DNA of 64,000 nucleotides from an uncultured Gammaproteobacteria bacterium (lineage in GTDB: Bacteria > Patescibacteriota > Patescibacteriia > Patescibacteriales > BS150m-G62), in assembly GCA_964569045.1 (NCBI GenBank), contig CAZMSR010000003.1, positions 23,492 to 87,491 on the forward strand, read 5' to 3'. Shown here one piece after another: positions 10,523-19,732 of the stretch; position 1 is the first letter of the stretch, and each line of letters begins with the position of its first letter. Position numbers and translations under genes: made by a program. The notes under the pieces are model-generated. The model saw only the letters and a program-made list of their open reading frames with translations, did no database searches and had not been told where the DNA came from.

Positions 10523-10531
10523 TGTGGATAA
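10523..10531 (-). promoter_or_regulatory. DnaA box
   Basis: Perfect TTATCCACA on the minus strand upstream of the nrdR operon. Confidence 0.55.
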
Positions 10532-10949
10532 AAAATATAATATAATAGATGATGATTTTTTAAATAAATAAAAAATCGTAGTTATTTTAAAATTCTACAT
10601 AATTTAATTGATTTTTTATTGTATTCTATCTTAATATTCTATCCTAATATTCTGTATACTATATATTAAAAATAAACCTAATACAGAATTATAAATATTT
10701 ACATACTTAAAAGAAGATTTTGCTAAACGATTTAAAATTGAAGAATATATGACAGTATAAACCGAAGGGCAAGAGGTAAAAGAGAATTATTTAAGGCTCG
10801 AACCTCACGAAATAGGCATTATTAAAGCACAAAACAGGGCTATTAACCCTGCTTGTTCTAATGAGTAGGTCGAACTGGTTGATACTCGAACCTGTTTTGA
10901 GATGCTAGTTAAATTAATTAGTGAAATAAAACTCAATTTACATTAAAAA

Positions 10950-11810
10950 TCACAATAAGCCTCTTGACTGTAAATATAACTTCATTTCATTTTTAACCGC
11001 ATCGAAATATCTAAAATCATTTTCTCTCGCACCCCTATTAATTCGTCCGGCTGGTTTACTTTTACCAAAGTCAATTACTCTAGGATCACCAGTTTTCTTG
11101 TCAATCATAATATTGCCCATATGAAAGTCATTATGATAAAACTTTCCTTGTAAATGTATAGCAATTAAATATTCTTTTAATTTTTTAAAAAATATTTCAA
11201 AATCAAAATTCTCAGGTAATGTCGCTCCGTGATGCATAACATCACCTAGTGTAACAGCATCCAATCGCTCCATTTTAATAATATGATAGTCTCCCATATC
11301 AATAACGCCATCAACTTTTGGGCACTTAGCACCATCAATATTTAAATCTTGTAAAACACTTTGAATTTCAACTTCTCCTGTAACAGAATTCACATCTTCA
11401 TTTTCGTAATTTTTTAAATGATAAATTATTTTATAACATACATCGCTATTATTTTCAGCATAAACTACTCCAAAACTACCAGGAAAACCAATCATAGAGC
11501 CATTACTCTTGGCTTTTCTTGCACCATTGTAAATTTTAGATATGTATAAAAAATCTTCTCTTAATTTACCATCATTTTCTGAGTTAGATTTATTTTCTTC
11601 TAATGATTCCCTGACTTTATTTAACCAATCGTTAAGGTTAGTTAAAATTTGTTCAGAAATTTCATGATATTTTATCTCTAACTCAGGGACTTCAACTAAA
11701 GGGATACCTTCTTTATTTCTTAATCTTTGTTTAGCAGAGCTAGTTAATTTTTCTTCAACTGATTCTTTGCGCATCATTCTTGGCTTTATAGGTCGATTTT
11801 CAAAACTCAT
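10950..11810 (-). CDS. Protein kinase-like (Ser/Thr kinase fold) protein
   Basis: GSFGVVY glycine loop, CYK lysine, HNDFHMGNIM catalytic loop, IDFG. Confidence 0.8.
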   Translation of the reverse strand: MSFENRPIKPRMMRKESVEEKLTSSAKQRLRNKEGIPLVEVPELEIKYHEISEQILTNLNDWLNKVRESLEENKSNSENDGKLREDFLYISKIYNGARKAKSNGSMIGFPGSFGVVYAENNSDVCYKIIYHLKNYENEDVNSVTGEVEIQSVLQDLNIDGAKCPKVDGVIDMGDYHIIKMERLDAVTLGDVMHHGATLPENFDFEIFFKKLKEYLIAIHLQGKFYHNDFHMGNIMIDKKTGDPRVIDFGKSKPAGRINRGARENDFRYFDAVKNEMKLYLQSRGLL

Positions 11811-11868
11811 ATCTTAAACTATATAAAAAGCCTTTCTGTTATTTTTCAAACAAAAAGGCAAAGATTAG

Positions 11869-12204
11869 TTAATGCATTTGTTTATCGCAAGTAATAAAAT
11901 TTTGACCTTTTATGGTAAAACGTCTCATTACCAAATATTCTTTTGGAACAAATTTAGGCATTTCTGCTTTACTTGATTCATTTATTAAAAAATAATTTTT
12001 ACCATAATAGCTATCTAATAACCACATAGCTTTCTTGCCGGATTTGATTAGATTTTCTGCTGTTTTTTTTGCATCAGCGTCTATACCTGGTGACTTCACC
12101 CCAAAGTCTTTTAAATCAATAATTCCGACTTTAGCAAAAAGCCCTTGTAAATCTTCTGATAAATAATTCATTCCTGACGTAGCTGTCATTTTTTTATCTT
12201 CCAT
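11869..12204 (-). CDS. Hypothetical protein
   Basis: 111-aa ATG ORF with plausible composition; hairpin at about 11830-11860 downstream. Confidence 0.55.
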   Translation of the reverse strand: MEDKKMTATSGMNYLSEDLQGLFAKVGIIDLKDFGVKSPGIDADAKKTAENLIKSGKKAMWLLDSYYGKNYFLINESSKAEMPKFVPKEYLVMRRFTIKGQNFITCDKQMH

Positions 12205-12423
12205 GATTATCGTACATTAACTAACTATATATAAATTATCATCAATTATATATTTAGTCAAATTTTATAATTATCTATATCTAATTACTATACTACCTTT
12301 AATGTAATAATATCATCTAGGCTTAGGATTGTGAAGTGGATGTTTGCTAAAAATTGATAAACAGGTTTGAACTTGTTTTACGGGTACTAAAACAACCCTG
12401 ATAAACACAGGGTTATTTCGATG

Positions 12424-12497
12424 TGGACGTAAGTGGACTCGAACCACTGACCTCTACGATGTCAACGTAGTGCTCTAACCAGCTGAGCTATACGTCC
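12424..12497 (-). tRNA. tRNA-Val(GAC)
   Basis: GGACGTA/TACGTCC acceptor, TAGCTCAGCTGGTTAGAGC D-arm, CTACG-TTGACAT-CGTAG anticodon arm, GGTTCGAGTCC. Confidence 0.96.
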
Positions 12498-12677
12498 AAT
12501 TTTTGAATGCTTAGACGTTTTTGGTAAATTTTTGCGTCAGATTTGCGATATTCGTTTAGCCTGTATTTAATTACGTCTTGTTTTATTTTCTAGTCTTCCT
12601 TGAATTTTTATTTAAACGTTTAAGTTTTAAATTATTTATAGATAAATGTGAAGAGTATGATTTTTGACTATTAAATG

Positions 12678-12750
12678 TAGGTGTAGATGGAATTGAACCA
12701 TCGACCCCCGCGTTATAAGCGCGGTGCTCTAACCCCTGAGCTATACACCC
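12678..12750 (-). tRNA. tRNA-Ile(UAU)
   Basis: GGGTGTA/TACACCT acceptor plus discriminator A, anticodon arm CCGCG-CTTATAA-CGCGG (anticodon TAT), GGTTCAATTCC T-arm. Confidence 0.92.
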
Positions 12751-13078
12751 CCTTAATTTTGATTAGTAAATCATTAATTCTTGATTTTGTCGATTGGATT
12801 TATAGTTAATGAATTGATGATTGATTTTATTTGTTATTGTTTCTCTTTGACCTGATTTTATTTAATCATCTTGTGTGTTTTTTTTCAATAGTTTGTATTG
12901 TACTGTCGTATTGCACTGTTCTTTTTGAAGTTTTTTTTGTTATGTAATTTTTATACATTCGTTTATGATTAGTAGTGTTTATTATTTGATTAATTTTGGT
13001 TATTTAGTTGAGTTGTAATATATTTTTATTGAATTTAGTTTATTTGTGAATTAATTAACATTGTTTTATAATATGTAT

Positions 13079-13561
13079 ATGAGAATATTACTTGATAGAA
13101 TAATGAAGAATCAAATAAACAGACTAAATAGAGGTCATATTTTTGATGCTGAAAATGATGAGCTAGGTTTTAACAATACTTGGTCCGGTATGGTTGAGCA
13201 AATTGGGCAACTCGCTATTGATGTTTATGAAACAAGTGATGAATATGTTGTGGTATCTACTATAGCCGGTGTTAGTATTGAAAGTCTTGAGATTTCTATG
13301 AATAATGATATGTTGACAATAAAAGGAGAAAGAGTAAAACATATAGATGGTGATCATAAGGATGAAAGAAAAATTAAAAAAAGAATGGTTAATTATATTT
13401 ATCAGGAGTGTTTTTGGGGCAAATTTTCCCGTTCAATAATTTTGCCAAAAGATATAAAAATTGAAAAAATAAAAGCGAGTTTAGAAAATGGTATATTAAA
13501 GATTGTGTTGCCGATTAATAGAATGAAAAAACAAACAATAATAAAAGTAAAAGAAAAATAA
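13079..13561 (+). CDS. Hsp20/alpha-crystallin small heat-shock protein
   Basis: IDVYET...IAGV....LEI......LTIKGER, ECFWGKFSRSIILP, ASLENGILKI; exact start uncertain. Confidence 0.9.
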   Translation: MRILLDRIMKNQINRLNRGHIFDAENDELGFNNTWSGMVEQIGQLAIDVYETSDEYVVVSTIAGVSIESLEISMNNDMLTIKGERVKHIDGDHKDERKIKKRMVNYIYQECFWGKFSRSIILPKDIKIEKIKASLENGILKIVLPINRMKKQTIIKVKEK

Positions 13562-13570
13562 AATAATATT

Positions 13571-13786
13571 ATGTTAGTAAGGTTAACAGTTGATCGATTT
13601 TGTAAGGGTGCAGTTGTTTTAAAATCTGAAGATAATTTTACGTTTGTGTGGCCACAGGCAAAATTACCACAAAGTGCAAAAGTTGGATCAGTGTTGGTGT
13701 TTAATATTTTAGGAGATTGCGTTGATGACGATGATTCAAGATTTATTGCAAGAGAGATTTTGAATGAAATTTTAAATACGAGTTAG
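13571..13786 (+). CDS. DUF3006-like small protein
   Basis: VDRF....VL....LP.....G..L pattern, C-terminal AREILNEIL. Confidence 0.6.
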   Translation: MLVRLTVDRFCKGAVVLKSEDNFTFVWPQAKLPQSAKVGSVLVFNILGDCVDDDDSRFIAREILNEILNTS

Positions 13787-13794
13787 AAGATGAA

Positions 13795-15741
13795 ATGAAT
13801 ATTTTTAGGAAAGACAAAAAAAATAATTTTTTGAATTTATTTTTAAACTCAATCATTGGAGTTCTTATTTTTTTTATAATAGTGGCAATATTTGCTACAA
13901 TTTTAATTTTCGCATATTTGGTTTTTGAAAAGAAGTATGAAGCTAGAATTTATCCTGGAGTTTATTTGAAGAATATGAATTTAAGCGGAATGACTTATGA
14001 AGAAGCTAGTGAGGAATTTAAAAAAGAAATTTCTTTAATTAATCAGGAGGGAATTTTGTTTTATTATTATGATTTTAATTCAAAAGCGAGTAATAGCTTA
14101 AGAAAAACAACTTTGTATCCGCTTGTTTCATCATTTTCTGGTGATATTGCTTATGAGATAATTGATTTTGATATAAATAAATCAATTGAGCAGGCATTTA
14201 AAATTGGACGTAATAATAGTTTTATTGAAAACGCTAAAGAAAAAATTAATGCGTATATGAATGGAATTGAGGTTGGTATTTATTCAGATGTGAATGAGTT
14301 AGAGGTCGAGAAGATTCTAAAAGCTCATTTTGGTAAATATGAAATACCGGCTGTTAATGCAAAGCTCCTTAAGGGAGTTGATGTTAATAAGAATATTGTA
14401 TTTTCAGTTACTAAAGAGAAAAATGGCTACATAATAAACTATAAAAATAGTATTGAAGAGTTGAAAGAAAATTTAGCAGTGTTAAGTACTGCGCCTATTG
14501 AACTTATTAGTGTGATTGATACACCTGTTGTTTATCAAGAAGATGGTTTAAAAGCAGCTAGTCGCGCTAATGAGATTTTGTCTTTTGCACCATTTTTATT
14601 ATCTTATTCCGGTAACTCGCAGTTAAATATTTTTCCAAAAGAATGGAAGATATCAAGAAATACATTAGCTGATTGGTTGATTATTAAAAAAGGGTTTAGC
14701 AGAGGAGCGCAAATTGGTTTTAATGGTGTTGTGCACGATTTTTTAGAAAAAGAAGTTGCACCCTTTATAAATGTGGAGCCACTTGATGCTAAATTGGAAG
14801 TGAAAAATGGTAAGGTTGTAGAATTTCAAACAGGAAAAGATGGTTTATTTTTAGACACTAATAAAACAGTAAAAAATTTAGAGGATAGGGTTATAAATAG
14901 AAAGCATAGCACGATAGTAAAAGAAACTAATGACGCAAAAAAAATAGAAGTAATTCATAAAGAGGTTATTGCAAAACACACGAATGATATAAATGATATG
15001 GGAATAAAAGAGGTTATCGGTATAGGGAAATCTGATTTTACCGGCTCTCCATTTAATAGGAGGCATAATATTAAAACAGGTATAAATGCGTTGAATGGAA
15101 TAATAATTGCGCCAAAAGAAGAATTTTCATTAATTGAGGCTTTAGGAGATATTGATGATGTTAATGGGTATTTACCGGAGTTAGTTATAAAAAGTGGAAA
15201 AACAATTCCTGAATTTGGTGGCGGTTTGTGTCAAGTAGGCACTACTCTTTTTAGGACAGTATTAGCGTCTGGTTTGCCTGTTACTCAACGTCGAAATCAT
15301 TCTTATCGCGTCGGGTATTATGAACCGGCAGGTACAGATGCCACTATTTATGACCCATGGCCTGATTTTAGATTTAAAAACGACACAGAAAAATATTTGC
15401 TATTACAGACTTATATGGAAGAAAATGAATTGCGTTTTGAATTATGGGGTACTCAAGATGGTAGAGTTGCATCAACAACTTATCCAGTGATTTATAATAT
15501 TGTTGAACCCGGGCCAAAAAAAATTATAGAAACTATAGATTTAGAGCCTGGGAAAGAAAAATGCACTGAAAGTGCTCATGCCGGGGCTGATGCTTATTTT
15601 GATTATTTTGTAAAGTATTTAGGCGGTGAGAAAAAAGAACGTAGATTTAAATCTCACTATGTGCCATGGCAGGAGGTTTGCCTAGTTGGAGTTGAGGAAT
15701 TATCTGCTTCTTCAACAAAAGAGGATGTTATGGCTAACTAA
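13795..15741 (+). CDS. VanW family protein with peptidoglycan-binding (YoaR-like) region
   Basis: N-terminal TM, IYPGV, RRHNI, GGGLCQVGTTLF, RRNHSY, DATIY, DFRFKN. Confidence 0.9.
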   Translation: MNIFRKDKKNNFLNLFLNSIIGVLIFFIIVAIFATILIFAYLVFEKKYEARIYPGVYLKNMNLSGMTYEEASEEFKKEISLINQEGILFYYYDFNSKASNSLRKTTLYPLVSSFSGDIAYEIIDFDINKSIEQAFKIGRNNSFIENAKEKINAYMNGIEVGIYSDVNELEVEKILKAHFGKYEIPAVNAKLLKGVDVNKNIVFSVTKEKNGYIINYKNSIEELKENLAVLSTAPIELISVIDTPVVYQEDGLKAASRANEILSFAPFLLSYSGNSQLNIFPKEWKISRNTLADWLIIKKGFSRGAQIGFNGVVHDFLEKEVAPFINVEPLDAKLEVKNGKVVEFQTGKDGLFLDTNKTVKNLEDRVINRKHSTIVKETNDAKKIEVIHKEVIAKHTNDINDMGIKEVIGIGKSDFTGSPFNRRHNIKTGINALNGIIIAPKEEFSLIEALGDIDDVNGYLPELVIKSGKTIPEFGGGLCQVGTTLFRTVLASGLPVTQRRNHSYRVGYYEPAGTDATIYDPWPDFRFKNDTEKYLLLQTYMEENELRFELWGTQDGRVASTTYPVIYNIVEPGPKKIIETIDLEPGKEKCTESAHAGADAYFDYFVKYLGGEKKERRFKSHYVPWQEVCLVGVEELSASSTKEDVMAN

Positions 15742-15743
15742 TA

Positions 15744-15776
15744 AAAAAACCCACTTATGAAAAAGGTGGATTTTTT
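15744..15776 (+). terminator. Intrinsic terminator after VanW gene
   Basis: A-run, CCACTT...AGGTGG stem, T-run. Confidence 0.5.
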
Positions 15777-15784
15777 AAGTTGTG

Positions 15785-15947
15785 AGTTTGGTGGTAGTTC
15801 CCAAGATCAGTTTAGGCGGGCAGGCAAGAAATTTTTGCCAGGAGTTGTTTAGCCGGAGCCATACAATCCAGGCAAGAAATCCCCATGCTTGTCGTGCCTG
15901 TCCCGCCAAAAATGATCTTGAATTTTTGATCGTCTACTGTTAAACTA
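15785..15947 (+). repeat. Long GC-rich imperfect inverted repeat / candidate structured RNA
   Basis: Nested stems AGTTTGGTGGTAG/CTACTGTTAAACT, CAAGATCA/TGATCTTG, GGCGGG-CAGGCA/TGCCTG-T-CCCGCC, TTGCC/GGCAA. Confidence 0.65.
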
Positions 15948-15981
15948 ACTTGACATATTATCTTAACATCAATAAAAATAT

Positions 15982-17433
15982 ATGTCAAGACTTAAAGTTC
16001 AAAAATTACGTTTTTGGCTTTTTTGTATACTAATATTAGTTATTTTTGTATTATTTTATTTGGCAATAATTCCTTTTGGTTCAGTTTTATATGTTTACAA
16101 GCCATGGAATAATGGGTCATTTTGGGAAAAGCTTAGTCCTGACTCTAGGCTAGATAAATTAGTCGAAGGTTCACAAAGAATAATCGGTAATCCGGTATAT
16201 ATAAATTTAAGAACATCAAGACCATTTGATATAGCTAATATCAAGATAAAATACAGATTTTCAGATAAAGTAAAAATTTCTAATAGAATTATTGAAATTG
16301 GATCTTTAGTAGATTCTAATTTATGGCGTTATGATTTAAAGCCAATCCATAATGGAGTTTTAAATAAATTAAAAAATAAATGGAATGTTTTAGAGGATCA
16401 TGGTGTTATGTTGTTTTCTAGAAATGCAGAATTATTAAATTTAGAAGATTTTTTTCAAAATATGCCTAATTTGAGTGAGATTGCTTTGTATAATTATAAA
16501 CATGACTTTGATTTTAAAATTAAGAATCATAGACCATTGGAGAGCATCAAAACAATAAAAAATTCTTTAAAAGGTGATTATTCGTTTTATTTTTATGTTG
16601 GGGAAAAAGAGAACATATTTTTTGATTTTTTATTTACTGATTTGAATCAATCTAAAGGTATAGATCCGGTAGTTATTTATTTGTATTTTAAGGATCAGGT
16701 AATAGCTTATCAAAAACTTGATGATGATGGAGTAGATAATGATAGTGGAATAATTAAAACTGATCGATCATTAAAATTTGATCTAGCATTAATGCCAGGA
16801 GGGGTGTATAAAATAGAAGTTAGAGCACAAGAAGATATAATTTCTAAAAAGATATTAACAAAGCACAATAAACTTAGTTTTATTAATAAAATTTGGATAG
16901 TTGAAGGAGGATTAGAGGAAGGTATTCAAGTTTTTACAGACTCTAAAAGTATTAGTTTTAATACAGTTAATCCCGGGAGTTTACAAGTCTTTAAGTTAAA
17001 TGATGAAGAGTTTGCTATAAAAAAGACTTATAAACAATATAGCATGAGTGCAACTAATGATGTTTCTCGGATTTTTTTGAAAAAAGGAGATATAATATTG
17101 GCCGGTGACGGTGTGTTTAGTTTTAGTAAGAAAGCTTTAATGAATCCTAATTTAAGAAAGGTGAATGTTAACTTTAAAATTAATCATAATGTTAATTACG
17201 TCTTGGCTGATTACAGTATCCCAAAGTTTTTAGATGGTTGGTACGAGTCAAGTGCTAAATTTGATTTAAGAAGAAGTTATCGAGAAAATGGAAAATATAA
17301 TTTTTTAATATCAATCCCCGGGCTAAAAGCAGATGATGATATTGAAGATTGGGTGGAGATAAAAGAGATTGAAGTAGAATTGAGTGGAAAAAGTATATAT
17401 GATTGGTTTAGGGAAAAAATAAATTCAATATGA
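15982..17433 (+). CDS. Hypothetical membrane-anchored protein
   Basis: 483-aa ORF with an N-terminal TM; overlaps the next gene by ATGA. Confidence 0.75.
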   Translation: MSRLKVQKLRFWLFCILILVIFVLFYLAIIPFGSVLYVYKPWNNGSFWEKLSPDSRLDKLVEGSQRIIGNPVYINLRTSRPFDIANIKIKYRFSDKVKISNRIIEIGSLVDSNLWRYDLKPIHNGVLNKLKNKWNVLEDHGVMLFSRNAELLNLEDFFQNMPNLSEIALYNYKHDFDFKIKNHRPLESIKTIKNSLKGDYSFYFYVGEKENIFFDFLFTDLNQSKGIDPVVIYLYFKDQVIAYQKLDDDGVDNDSGIIKTDRSLKFDLALMPGGVYKIEVRAQEDIISKKILTKHNKLSFINKIWIVEGGLEEGIQVFTDSKSISFNTVNPGSLQVFKLNDEEFAIKKTYKQYSMSATNDVSRIFLKKGDIILAGDGVFSFSKKALMNPNLRKVNVNFKINHNVNYVLADYSIPKFLDGWYESSAKFDLRRSYRENGKYNFLISIPGLKADDDIEDWVEIKEIEVELSGKSIYDWFREKINSI

Positions 17434-18515
17434 ATGTTTTATTATTTACATTAGAATATCCCCCTTTTTACGGTGGAGTTGCTAATTATTATGAGGCTTT
17501 GGTTAAGTATTGCCCAGCAAGACATAATATTTTTGTAATAAATAATAATAAGAAAAAGTTATTAAGCAATAAGTTACCTTTTTTAAAATGGTTGCCTGCT
17601 ATATTAATTTTATATAGAGAGATTAAAAAAAGAAAAATTGATTATATTATTGTGGGCCATCTTTTGCCACTTGGTGTAGTTGTTTATCTACTTTCTATTT
17701 TTTTTAAATTTAAATATGCAGTTGTTTTGCATGGTACTGATTTTTCTTTCGCCGTGCGAGAATCTAGAAAGAAAATTATTTCAATAATGATACTAAAAAA
17801 AGCATCAAATATAATATGTGCTAATAGTTATACCGCCTCTCTGGTAAAAGATTTTTTAAATAATAAAAACAAGGTTAGCGTAGTGAATCCTGGAATTAAT
17901 AGGCAATTTAGAAATATTGATGAATCTTTGGTTGTAAGTATTAAAAATAAATATAATTTACGCAATAAATATGTTTTACTATCAGTTGGTAGATTGGTAA
18001 GGAGAAAGGGGTTTGATAATGTGATTAAAGCTGTTAGTAAAATATTGAAGCAAATACCTGATTTAGTGTATGTAATTATTGGTAGTGGGGAAGATAGGAG
18101 TTATTTAGAGAATTTAATTAAGACTCATGAAGCACGAAAGAATGTAATAATATTAGATGCAGTTAATGATGATAAAAAATGGGCATGGTATAATATATGT
18201 GATTGTTTTATAATGACTTCGCGTAATATTGATGGGGATTATGAAGGTTTTGGAATTGTTTATTTAGAAGCAGGCTTATTTGGTAAGCCAATTGTGGCCG
18301 GTGATAGCGGAGGAGTGAGGGATATTATTCAAGACAGATTTAATGGAATATTAGTAAATTCTGAAGATGTGAGCAATATAAGTAGCGCAATACTTCGGTT
18401 ATATAAGGAAGAGGGATTAAGAAGTGAATTAGGAGAACAGGCAATGATAAATGTGCAAAGTGATTTTTTTTGGGAAAGGAGGGTAGAGGATTTTTATTCT
18501 GCTATTGAACGTTAA
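17430..18515 (+). CDS. Glycosyltransferase family 4
   Basis: YPP..GG, VGRLVRRKG, EGFGIVYLEA (E-x7-E). Confidence 0.93.
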   Translation: MNVLLFTLEYPPFYGGVANYYEALVKYCPARHNIFVINNNKKKLLSNKLPFLKWLPAILILYREIKKRKIDYIIVGHLLPLGVVVYLLSIFFKFKYAVVLHGTDFSFAVRESRKKIISIMILKKASNIICANSYTASLVKDFLNNKNKVSVVNPGINRQFRNIDESLVVSIKNKYNLRNKYVLLSVGRLVRRKGFDNVIKAVSKILKQIPDLVYVIIGSGEDRSYLENLIKTHEARKNVIILDAVNDDKKWAWYNICDCFIMTSRNIDGDYEGFGIVYLEAGLFGKPIVAGDSGGVRDIIQDRFNGILVNSEDVSNISSAILRLYKEEGLRSELGEQAMINVQSDFFWERRVEDFYSAIER

Positions 18516-18599
18516 AGAATGTGGTTGAAAAAAAATAAAAAACTGCTCGAGCCGGTTGCTTGGCAGTAGTTATTTATTAAAAAGGGCGATGAGTAGAAT

Positions 18600-18920
18600 T
18601 TATGCGAGACACAATCCTTTGTCATTGAATATTGAATATTTTCTATTTTGTGTTAGTTCGTTGTTGCTATTTGCTGTTTTTTTAGCAAGTGCTTCACGCA
18701 GTGTTCTGTGTGTTGTATGTATGTTTGGATTGCTGTTACAGACTACTCTGTAATGTTCATGTGGTGCAACGATGATGTGAAGAAAATTTTTAAAATTTTC
18801 GTCAATATAGTGAGTTGTTATAGTGTTTTTTGCGTTAGATAATGGTGTAAACGGATAATGAGCTGGAATTTGGTTAGTTACAAGGGTGCTTTTTATTAGC
18901 TTGTTTGTAATGTTCGACAT
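18600..18920 (-). CDS. Hypothetical protein
   Basis: 106-aa ORF with GGAG SD 7 nt upstream of ATG; no recognisable motif. Confidence 0.45.
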   Translation of the reverse strand: MSNITNKLIKSTLVTNQIPAHYPFTPLSNAKNTITTHYIDENFKNFLHIIVAPHEHYRVVCNSNPNIHTTHRTLREALAKKTANSNNELTQNRKYSIFNDKGLCLA

Positions 18921-18998
18921 TTTTGACTCCAGGTTGAAGCATGCATGATTGATAAAGAAATAGAATCATAAAAATATTATACTGTATATTATTTTAAT

Positions 18999-19700
18999 AT
19001 GTCAATTATTTTAAATAATAAAATATCAATTATAATACCAGTATATAATCAGGCTAATAAAATAGGGGAGTGTCTTAAGAGTATTCTTGGTCAAACATAT
19101 ATTGATTACGAAGTGATTATTGTTAATGATGGTTCAGAAGATGAATTAGATTTAGAGATTAATAAGTATAGTGCAAGATTTAAAAAGTTTAAATACATTA
19201 CTCAAAATAATAAAGGTGCAAATGTTGCTCGTAATCGTGGTTTTAGAGATTCTAGTGGTGATTATTTATTGTTTTGTGATGCAGATATTGTGCTTGAAAG
19301 TGAAATGCTTGACGTAATGATAAAAAAAATAAAAGAAAATAAAGTAAATTATGTATATTCTTCATTTTATTGGGGGAGGAAGCTTTTTCGATTATTCGAA
19401 TTTAACAAGGAAAGACTTAAAGTAATGCCATATATTCACACTACTTCGCTTATTCGAAGAAAAGATTTTCCTGGATTTGATATAGAGATAAAACGGTTGC
19501 AAGATTGGGATTTATGGCTTACTATGCTTGCGAATAATAAAATTGGTATGTGGATTAATAAGCCTTTGTTTAAAGTTAAAATCGGAGGTTCTATGAGTAA
19601 TTGGCTTCCTAAAATTGCTTATAAAATGTTGCCTTTTTTGCCATTAGTTAAGAAATATAATGAATCAATAAGGATAATTAAAGAAAAGCATAAGTTATAA
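18999..19700 (+). CDS. Glycosyltransferase family 2
   Basis: SIIIPVYN, VNDGS, GANVARN.G, FCDAD, QDWDLW. Confidence 0.93.
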   Translation: MSIILNNKISIIIPVYNQANKIGECLKSILGQTYIDYEVIIVNDGSEDELDLEINKYSARFKKFKYITQNNKGANVARNRGFRDSSGDYLLFCDADIVLESEMLDVMIKKIKENKVNYVYSSFYWGRKLFRLFEFNKERLKVMPYIHTTSLIRRKDFPGFDIEIKRLQDWDLWLTMLANNKIGMWINKPLFKVKIGGSMSNWLPKIAYKMLPFLPLVKKYNESIRIIKEKHKL

Positions 19701-19732
19701 ATTTAGTATAAAATAATTAAATTAAGGTAATA

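Noticed and set aside
12751-13060. Very T-rich intergenic stretch as origin or ncRNA
   Set aside because: No DnaA-box cluster or stable stems; consistent with a divergent promoter region
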